Origin: the human T2T-CHM13v2.0 reference genome, Homo sapiens
Assembly (NCBI RefSeq): GCF_009914755.1
Contig: NC_060931.1
Reading direction: 5' to 3' (one strand)
Length of the DNA: 64,000 nt
Each line of letters starts with the position of its first letter. Position 1 is the stretch's first letter. This document shows positions 52,831 to 64,000 of this stretch, one piece after another. Made by a program: the position numbers and the translations under genes. The notes beneath the pieces were generated by a model, which was not told where the DNA came from, ran no database searches, and saw only the letters and a list, made by a program, of their open reading frames with translations.

Positions 52831-54839
52831 AGCTCGTTCTTAAATGACTTATCTATGTCGCATAAATGCCAGCAAAGCCCAGAGGTAGATGGAGTAGATT
52901 CTAGGTGTTTCAGCTCATTCCTGAGCCTCACCATGGAAGTAATATATGGAAGTGTCTGGATTTCCCCCTACTCTGTCCCTGCCCATAGGAGATTCTCAGT
53001 GAATGTTTGTTTGAGTGGGAGCAATACCCTCAGTTTGGTGATTCTGGGGGGAGTGGAAGAGTTTATACTTTACTTGCAAATCATGATATGGAAGCACTCA
53101 TTTACTATATTTGCTTATATTTGACCTTTTGTCCATGAACATATGGACATAACAAATATTTTCCTAGGAAAAGAAATGTAACTTTACAAGAGAGATTTTT
53201 CTTAAATACACAGGGCAAAGGGGTGGTGGCAGGGGTACTGCACAGTCTTAGTCCTGCCTTCCTGCCTCCTTTCCTTTGTTTTCTCTTCGTTGTGACCTGT
53301 TAGCATAGTAGTTTATACTACCTTCTATTTGCCATTTATTTATTTATTAATATATTGCTTGTTTATTGTTTCTTTATTATAGATATTTGTCCTCTAAAGA
53401 GCAGCAGCCTGAGTCTGTTTTTGTAGAGAACTTAGACCAGAATGGTTGTGCTTAATAGAAGAAGAAAGTCAAACAAGTACGGATTGAATGGCTGGCGTGC
53501 AGGGTCACTGGGCTTATGTGGTGAAAAATGAAGGAACTGACATTTACCCCTCAGGGTTGTTGGGAGACTCACATGCCATCATATCTAGGGACAGACTTAT
53601 AAGCTGCAAATGTTTGCAATCATAGGACACTGATGTTGTTGTCATCGTTATTTGGGGAAAATCAGGTAAATGAAGAAAGATTCACCAGAGTTTTCAGAAC
53701 ATACTTCATGGAAAAGATATATTTGAGCCAGACAGAGCCATTGTCCATTCTTACGCAGAAGAGGGACTGATGGCATTTGGGGAAGATTTATCTGGAAGTG
53801 TTTTTGCAGCAATTCAGCCATGCAGTAGCGGGAAGCCCTGGTGTGGTTGCTGACATGGGAGGGGAGGTCATTCTGGCACTCCATGGTGTCCACGGGTCCC
53901 CTGAGGCATATAATTCATGGGGCATTTTCTTCCCAGAACACATCCATTTAGATTCCTTGCTGGCAGCACCTCCTGGCCCACTTACCTTATTCTGTGAAGG
54001 CCTCACACACACACAAACTAGACCATTAGACAACTCAACTTGAGTTCAAGATGAGGCTGGGGGAGATGCTCCTTCTTTTTCCTAGGGAAAATGTCAGACT
54101 TGGTTGTTTCCGGATGTCTAAACTTTCTCATATGATAAAAGATACTGTAGGGCCAGGAAATGATAAAAGGTCAGTAAGACATGGGATAGTCGGCAAGGAT
54201 GGTCACTTGGGCTGGGAAAGGCCTGGTCATTTGTTGGCCTGGGGATATATTATCATCTCTGTCCTGAAAATGAAAAGAAATTAGAACTGAGCAAGTGGCC
54301 CAGTGGGCATATCAAATTTTTATGTGTCCATGGTTAAAAAATGAGCTGTGCAAAGAGTCGGCAGTGAAAGGAGCAACATTGCAAGCGTAGTTTGTGTCCG
54401 TTAATGGGGCTCACTGTTTTGGCCAGGGTGTAAGAGAGATAATAAGCTTATTGCAGTGTGTTGAGTTTAAGTTGCAATCTCTAAATAATATGCCAACACT
54501 GTTATTTCTTTATTTATCACACTGAGACATCATCTGTTGACTTGCTACTATGAGTGATGAGGATTTAGCTTCCTTGAATCATCCCTCTTCTCTTCTTCCC
54601 CACCTTCCTCCTTATTTTTTTTATCCTTATGGCACTATTTTTACTTCCTTTTGTGGTTACCTTTGTAACTTTAAATAATACACTGAAGCCTCTGTTGCTT
54701 TTGGTCAGCTTTTGACAGCATTCTTTCACCCTCTGTTTTGTGAAATGAGGTTGTGGTGCCTCTCCCTTTTGCTACATCTCTTTTCTATCTTCCATGTCCC
54801 AATTTTTCTCAACTGTATTTTTTATTTTGTTTGTTTTTA

Positions 54840-56220
54840 TTTATTTATTTTGAAATTAACATATAGTAAGACTGACTTTTGCAGGGGAGGGTAACAACTT
54901 TGTAAATTGCAACACATGCATAGATTTATGTAACTACCACCACCATCAGGACACAGTGCAATTCCATCACCCCTAAAAACTCCATCGTGCCACCCATTTG
55001 TAATCACACCTTCCTTCCACCCATAATCCATGGCAGCCACTGCTCTTCCTTTATTATCATTATTATTCCATTGCTGGGTAGTAGTCCTCAGCTTATTAAT
55101 CTATTCACCTCCTGAAGTACATTTTGGTTGTTTTCAGTTTTGAGCAATTATGAATAAGGCTGATCTAAACATTCATACATAAGTTTTCATATGAACATAA
55201 ATCTCTGTTTCTCTATCATAACCAGACCATACCATCTTGATTACTGTAGTTTACAGGAAGTCCTAAAATCAGGTAATGTGAGTTATCCAACTTTACTCTT
55301 CTTTTGCAAAATCATTTTGATGATTCTAGTTCCTTTGCCTTTCCATATAAATTTTAGAGTTAGCATGTCTATATCTATTTTCAAATCTTACTGGGATTTT
55401 GATTGGAATTGCATTGAATTTACAGATCAACCTGGGAAGAACTGACATCTTTCCTATGTTGAGTTATCCAGTTCATGAACATAGCATATCTCTTCATTTA
55501 TTTAGGTCTACTTTCTTTCATTAGCATTTTTTGATTTTAAGAATCCATATGCTGTGCGTGTTTTGTTAGATTTATACGTAAGTATTTCCTTTGTACTTGG
55601 AGCATATTTTAAGGTATTTTTAAATTTTTGATTTCCAGTTTTTTGCTGGTACAGTATATAGTTTTGTGTACTGACCTGGTATCTTATGACCTGACTAAAT
55701 TGACTTATCAGTTCTATGAGTTTTCTACATAGAAAATCATGTTGTCTGAGAAGAGGTACAATTTTTATTTCCTCCTTCCCAATCTGTTATGCCATTTATT
55801 TATTTGTCTTATGTTATTGTACTTGCTAGAATTTCCATTATGATGGTCAGTGAGAGTGGTGAGAGTGAATGTCCCTGCTTTGTTCCTGATCTTGGGAGAA
55901 AATGTTTTACCACTAAGTGTATTGTCAGCTATAGTTTTGTTTATTTTTTTAAATCAGGTTGTTGAAGTACCCTTTTATTCCTAGTTTGCTGAGAGTTTTT
56001 ATCATGAATGGATGTTGAATTTTGTCAGATGCTTTTTCTGTATCAATTGATGTGATCATGTGATTTTTCTTTTTTAGACTATTAATATGGTGGATTTTAT
56101 TGATTGATTTTGAACCAGATTTTATTATATTGTATTCTCAGAATAAACCCCACTTAGTGGTAGTTTATTATTATTTCTACATATTGCTGGACTCTGTCAG
56201 TTCTTCATAGCTAAGGATAA
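54840..56220 (-). mobile_element. L1MC/L1MD 3' end plus ORF2 fragment
   Basis: cttgattactgtag...ttccatataaattttag...gattggaattgcattgaat...ttgttcctgatctt. Confidence 0.85.
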
Positions 56221-56769
56221 CGTTTGCGTTCAGTTGTGTAATCGTATTAAGTGTTTCCTGCTTTGTCTCTACAAATGTCTCTAAAAGTTGAAAATCTCTG
56301 AAAGACAATACTTTTAGGGTTATGAAGTACAAATACTGTCTGTATGGAAACAAATAGGATTGTATGATTGCATTTCTCTCTCTTTGTGACCGAAATACTC
56401 TCAACGCTTTAATAGGGTAAGATATGATAACTCCTTTCTTACTCTTATTAAGTTACTCAGAATCAATGTCTTTCTTGGACAATTTTCTCTTTTTCCCACA
56501 TTTCAGATTCTCTATTTTTAGTAGTGGTTGAGGAAAGGGAGCCATATTCTTTCTTCCCTTGAGGCCCAGCATCGCCCAGCTTCTTAGACGTTCTCTTGCT
56601 CAGAATGTGTTCCATTCTTTTCTAATTTGAACTGGCTATTTTCTAGGCCTGCTACACAGCTGTCTTCCAGGGATTTCTTTTTATTGGATCTCTGGCTTTA
56701 TTCCAGGGAATGCAAGCTTTAAAACAGGAAAAGGTGGAGTCTGCTGAAAATTATTAGGGGGAACTGATA

Positions 56770-57010
56770 TTAATAGCTAACATTTATTGAGTAATTACCA
56801 GGTGCCAAGCCCTGTTTTAAGCTCATTGTAGGGATTGCCTCCTTTAATCTGCACTACAACTTATGTGGTAGTTATTACTCTCTTCCAAATTTTATGGATG
56901 AGGAAATTGAGGCTTCAAAAGTCAAGTAACCTGGCTAAGTTTTGCCACCAATAAATGGTGGACCCAGAATCCCAACCGAGGTGATGGGACTCTGGAGCCC
57001 TCATTTTTAA
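56770..57010 (-). mobile_element. MIR
   Basis: agctaacatttattgag...ttttatggatgaggaaattgaggc. Confidence 0.82.
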
Positions 57011-57625
57011 CTGCAAAGAGGGGCTGTCTTGGGTGTCTTTAGGGGTGACTTACTCCACCAAGCACACTTGGCCACTGGCAGACTGGACCCAGATGCTTTC
57101 TGAAATGCAGACAGCCAGAACAGAATAGTAAATTGAAGAACTGACCCCTGAACTCAGCTCTTTCCACTATACCACACTGCCTTCTTAATAACGAGTGGGT
57201 AAATACGCTTTTGGCAGCCCAACTAGCAGGAAGAAGTGGCTCAGAGAAGAGCCAAGAATGTTGAAAACATGAACCACAGAGACACTAGGGGTATGGAGGA
57301 TCACTGCAAACCAAAGAAGGACTTGTTGGGTGCAGACAGGGAAGGAAAGGCCTCTACTCTTCATTGACAGGGCCTAGAACTGGAGTGAGGCCGAGGGATG
57401 ACACAGTTATAGAACACATATGCTCAGCAGCCTGGTCTGGTGACCTAGGGGCCCAATCCAGAGAGATTTGGAAGAAGGTTCTGGAATGGAAGAGAATTCC
57501 ATTAGATCCAGCAATGCAACCATTTCAGGACTGTCCTTGGGCTAGCTGTGAGTCATTGTTTCTCTAGGATTCAATCCAAGTCTGGACCCAGAGGCGTCTG
57601 TTGGACTTTTCATGCAAAGGTCCTA

Positions 57626-58009
<384 letters not shown>

Positions 58010-58699
58010 CTAGAAATTTTGGAATTTTCCCTTGCTTAGTTATTTTCATTACCTTTGTCTCCTTTCATATGTGAGCAATGTTCATAACCACTATTATTTT
58101 AGAGCCAACAAAGGGAGGCCAAATGCCAAAGACCCTGCATTTTGCCCTGCAGCCAATAGGGAGACAAGCAAGGAGAGAAGAGGCCCAACACTCACAAGAG
58201 AGAGGTGGACCAGCAGGGCTGCTCCATAAGAGGTTCTCTGTTACCTGACAAGGGAGTTTCAGGTACAGCTTATTTACAGTTGAGGGTATCAGCCACACAG
58301 CATAGGGTTACTCTGTGCACTTTCCATTTTAAGTGCTTTCAGTCCCCCTGCCAAGGTGGCTGCTGGCATTTAATGCACTCATCAGGCTCTTCTCAGAGCC
58401 TGTCATTCAGCCTTGGCTGTCCTTTCTGGCTCTGGCAAAAGCCTAGCACTTAGCTCCTTTGGCCCCAGCCTTCTTCGGCGCTCCACTCACTGTCTGTTTC
58501 TACCCACCCTCCCTTTTCCTTCTCTGATGCCCCTTTCCTGCCCACTCCTTCCTGCTCTGGCTCTCACACTGCTTGTGAGGCAACATCTAGCCTGGCCTCA
58601 AGCCAGAGAGCAGTGGGACCTCTCCGCTCTCCCAGCTTCAGGCCTGTCTTGTATTTCCTGGGTATAAGAGGCTGTGTTGTGATGAAGAAAGCCAAACTT

Positions 58700-58900
58700 G
58701 CCTGTACTCACTGCTCAGCTCTGTACTTGGTAGCAGTGGATGGTCTGCTTCACCCTTGTGCCTCATCTGTAGACTGGACATAATACTCATAACTAGCACC
58801 TACATTATAGAATTGTTCAGGGCCTTTGAAATGAATTAATACATGCAAAGCAGTTGGGACAGTGCCTGGCACATACAAATGCCTTGCCATTTCTTTTTAT
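58700..58900 (+). mobile_element. MIR
   Basis: cctcatctgta...aatacatgcaaagc...acagtgcctggcacata. Confidence 0.75.
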
Positions 58901-60293
58901 TATTGGTATTGTCATTGTCACCCATTGCATGTTGCAGCCGTCTTGTTAATTCCTTTACCCAAACGCCAAAGTCACCGCTGTGTGCACTCTAAGTAGAGAG
59001 AAGGAGCCGGGACTCTGTAAAAGACTGGTTATTTCAAATGAGAAAGAGAGCAAGGAGCCATAGGGACCTTTGAGGTTTCGAGCCTGGATGAATGGGGAGA
59101 AGCCCTTAACAGAGACTGAGGGCCAGCAGCACTGTGAGTTGGAAATAACAACGGTAATGTTATTTCATTAGTTTGCAAATTAATCTGCCAGGCGGGGGCA
59201 TGTTTCTTTTTGATAGTACTTTTTGTCTAGAAGAAATAGAAGATATGAAACCTCACACTGTTCTAACTAGGTATTATTTATTAGTTATTCCTGGTGCCAT
59301 GCCCTTGACTCCTGGCTCTGCCCCCGCCCCCTCCACACCCCAGCTTTTTTTTTTTTTTTTTTTGAGTTCATGAGATTGTTCTTTCTAGGTCCAACTTAAG
59401 TTTGAAGATCAAATTTTCTCGTAATTTAAAATTTAGTCTTAAAAGCCTGAGAATATTGGCATCATTGTAAAGGAGAGAATGGTGCGGAATTGAATTCACA
59501 TCTCTAGGGACACAGTGGCCAAAGGATAAAAAGGGTGAAGACATTAGGATGAATCAGGGCTGAAATGTGACCTCAAAAAACAGCCACTTCTCTTCCCACA
59601 CCTGCGTGCTTTGTGGGAGCAGATAAATGTCAGGGGAGGCAGAGTCGAAGATCCAGGGACTAAGGTTTCTATAGAGTTCATGTCAACAAAATACTGATAG
59701 GTTGCTCACAGTTTTTTTAAGCTGGATTCACTGGTAAGAGAAAGTGGAGTGGCTTAGTTTTTGTGCTCAAAAATAAGAAGCAAGACCAATATGTAGAAGC
59801 TATAATACTGGGCAAGATATGAGCAGTGCTGTAGAGAATTAAAAACGATGTGCCTTGGCAGCGGAAAAGCAGATCACACAAGGAAAAGTTTAGTTGAGAA
59901 AGTGGAAAAAATACATTTTCTAAAGTAAACTGTATTTGGTGTCAAGAGCTTCACGGGGAGATGAAAGGTTTGGCAGATATGGCAGAGTGGGGTGTGGGGC
60001 ATCCCCAGAAGAGGAGGTGGGCTGAGCACAGGCTTGGAAGTGGGAAAGAAGAGACAGGGGATAAACCCAGAGCAGCTGAAATGAGGCTCCAACTGGCCAA
60101 GGAAAGATATCTTGGGACAGTATGGCTGAATTCCTTGATTCGGTAGAGATTAGTGGGCCATTGAAGCATTTTGAGAAGAGGAGTTAATTAGCACTTTAAA
60201 AACGATCATTTGAAGGCTGTCTCAAAGAGAGATGAGAGTCCAATTTTGGAGACCAGCTAGGAGGCTCTGGGTCTAGAGTATAAATAATGAGAA

Positions 60294-60379
60294 GTATATA
60301 TATATATATATATATACACACACATACACAAATATATTAAATATATGTACATATATGTGTGTATATACACACATATATA
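60294..60379. repeat. (TA)n/(CA)n compound microsatellite
   Basis: Seen directly; abuts the Tigger TA target site. Confidence 0.9.
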
Positions 60380-61145
<766 letters not shown>

Positions 61146-61729
61146 TAGCACTCAAATCTTAAATAATATTGGGTTATATTACTATTCAAGGGGTTCGCTT
61201 TACTGATTTCTATTTACCATCTTTTCAAGCCCCTTCTTTCCAGAAGTTTCTGTGAACTACTTTTACCAGTTAAAGTAACCATCATGTGCATTTAAAGACA
61301 TGCTTTTGTCTAGTGTCTGATCCACCATTTATATGTTTAATGTCCTTTTGAATTGCTAGTTATGGGGTAGTTGAGTCTCTAATCCCTGCCTCTGAAATCC
61401 ATCTGTATCTGCCCAATTTACACATGTCCCAAATCTCTCTTTCTCCATATTTCTTTCTATTCTTCCCATCCCTAACATTTATTCTTATATTTTTCTGATT
61501 ATTCCCTACTAAAGAGACTTAGAATTAATACTGGAATCGAAATTCTCATTGTTGCTAAAAATTAGTACTACAATATATTGCCAGATGTGCAGTTTGTAGT
61601 TAGGAAGGGATTGGCACACAGTAGAACTGCTTGATAACACTGGTTTGGGTAGGAAAAAGCTGGCATTTATACATAAACTCATGGTACCCCGTGGAAATCT
61701 GGGCAAGCTCAGCAGGCAATACTAATGAG

Positions 61730-62420
61730 GCCTCTGATTTTCTTCCACTGGGTGAGATGGAAAGTCATTGCAGATTTTGAGTGGAATAACATGATCTGGG
61801 TAGTAGATGCTCTGCTAAGGGTAAGCATGTTGCTCTAGGAACACAGATAGGGATCTTCATCTGGACTTCCAGGATCAAGAGGCCTCTTGGGAGACAGCCA
61901 AGAGGCAAGTGTAAAAAGAGCAGAGATCAGCTCAAGCCAAGGTCTCGAGGTGAGCACCAGCATGGAAGGCTCAAGGAGTGGAAAGTCTGGGCTGGTCACT
62001 AAGGGCCTTATGCATCGTGAGGGGATTTGAATCCTCAGGATTCAATTCAAATGGATGCAGCAAAGAATGACACAATTAATGATACATCTTTTATAAAGAT
62101 TACTCTGTCTGTTGTGTGGGGGAGGGCAAGGAGACATGAAAACCACATAAGGGAATCCAGAGGTGATGAATGCCTGCTTAAGGCATCATGGCAGCGATGG
62201 AGAAGAGGTGACAGATTTCTGAGAAATCAGGAAAAACAACAGGAGTTTGCAATGGATTGGCTGTTAAGAATAAGGAAAAGGGATGAGTATGAGGTGACCT
62301 TTACATCCCTAAGCAAAGATGTGACAGCTGCAGATAGTAACCAAGTTATGAAAGTGGATGAGATAACCTTGATGGGTATGCTTGTTTTATGAGTGTAAAG
62401 AACAGGACCAGACTCATAGC
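61730..62420 (-). mobile_element. L2 fragments
   Basis: gtcattgcagattttgag...acatgatctg; aagattactctgtctg; gtggatgagataacc. Confidence 0.55.
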
Positions 62421-62532
62421 CCCAAAAAAAGACCCCCTCATTTTGCTTTACCTCCAGGGAAGCAAAGGGGCACAGGGTGAATCAGCTCTGTGCTCCAGGT
62501 AACAGTCACAGTTCTGTACACTGTACTGTTTA

Positions 62533-62757
<225 letters not shown>

Positions 62758-64000
62758 TCAGGCTTTAGAAAAGAAGGTTAGCAGGTGCATTCTTTTTGAG
62801 CATGGATTGGAATTGGATATTTGGGTTTCTAAAAATGAGACTTGGAACTGTTAGATCTCAATGTACCTCATTCTAGAACAACTTGACTTATGCACATATG
62901 GGGTGCAGGGAACACTGTGTCAGACCTGACAGGAGAAAGTTAGTTTTTTAAGCAAATATTTCATGTCTCTCTTTTGGATTCCAGGTTCTCTGTGTTCTCC
63001 TACATAAAGATGGCAACAGTAGAAGGGAGACATTGCCATTCTGGCTGTCCTTGGGATTCAGACTTGGTAATGAACTGCAAACACCCTGGCTGCTGACGCC
63101 TGTCTGCCCCCAAGTTTTAGGAGACAGGGGTAGGCTGAGGGCTGGGGTGATCAGCAGGCTTGTATGCCTGGAAACCTGTGCACTAATTTTCGGTTCAATG
63201 GCCACATTGGAGAAGCTACTTTTAGGAGACCGCAAGGCTGAAATTGTATTAAAACGATAGGGTTTGGACCCTTGTTGAGAGAAATGACCCGCTAGATTAG
63301 AATCAACCAGCTAAGGTTTTTATTAGTATTTTTCACAATTACGAGTATTGGAAAGGTGAGGATGGCATATGGTGACAGGGTGCCAAATAGCAGGAGATGT
63401 GTATGTCAAAGTTTTGATCTGGGCTGGACTGTCATCTCCCTTCCCCAGCCTATGCTGTAAGGCAGTTGACTCATTTGTTGGAATGACAAATGGACATGCG
63501 AAAGCTTTTATAATGTATCCAGGTGAGAGAAAAGGCCCCTCCGTATTTTTTTTATTCTATCCTTGACTTTGTTAAGACTGTTGTTCAATTTTTGTATTTC
63601 TAATCTCACAGGCACACTTCAGGTCTGCATCCTTTATAACCAAGGGGATGAGCTAAGGTGAACGTCTATTCTACGATGGTTCATCTTTTGGGGATTCTGG
63701 GCTGTCTTTTTTGAAGCTTGCTGTAGAGCTGAGTCAACAAAAGCTTTATGTGAAACCCAACAAATTGTCACTACTCAAGCACCATGTTAATGAGACAAAA
63801 CAAGAGTGAACTTGGAAGTAATGTTTTGTTGGCTTCTTTTTTGTTTTGTTTTGTCTGTGTGTTTTTAGTTTTTGGTGCATAGTTTTGCCGTGGGAAAAGT
63901 GTCCAGGAATGGCTTTCTCTCCCTTGACTGTCTTTTTAGTGACGTTGCCCATGATCAGGATTGCACAACATGAAACGTTCAGTGAATATTTGAAAATCCT

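Noticed and set aside
53650-54050. Overlapping 80-90 aa ORFs in unique sequence, possible pseudogene
   Set aside because: No recognisable protein family, poly(A) tail or TSD; lengths within chance expectation

Overview
Primate (human or great-ape) genomic DNA, AT-rich, CpG-depleted and dense in repeats. The only supportable coding sequence is one 147-nt internal exon on the + strand (26445-26591). It has a 57-nt 5'UTR portion and an ATG at 26502, and encodes MPVPPPPPPPLPPPPPPLGAPPPPPPSAPP, which I recognise as the N-terminus of WIPF3 (CR16, verprolin/WIP family). The rest is inferred to be the large upstream 5'UTR intron and the large downstream intron; neither the first exon nor the next coding exon is in the window. 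The introns hold about 18 Alus (J, S, Y; several 5'-truncated with TSDs), old L1M pieces, L2/MIR, MaLR/ERV solo LTRs (MLT1, MSTA, MSTB, MLT2, MER31, MER39, LTR16) and DNA transposons (MER5, MER82, MER20, MER58, MER53, Tigger3a). Repeat subfamily names come from recalled consensus sequences and their boundaries are approximate. The supplied ORF track appears to be entirely noise and misses the real exon. I found no convincing new biological system. The best leads, all hypotheses: a perfect DR5 retinoic-acid element in a MER39 LTR, a CpG-retaining 69-nt hairpin at 35172-35240, circRNA/micropeptide geometry of the start exon, and a sense MSTA LTR with a splice donor upstream of the start exon.
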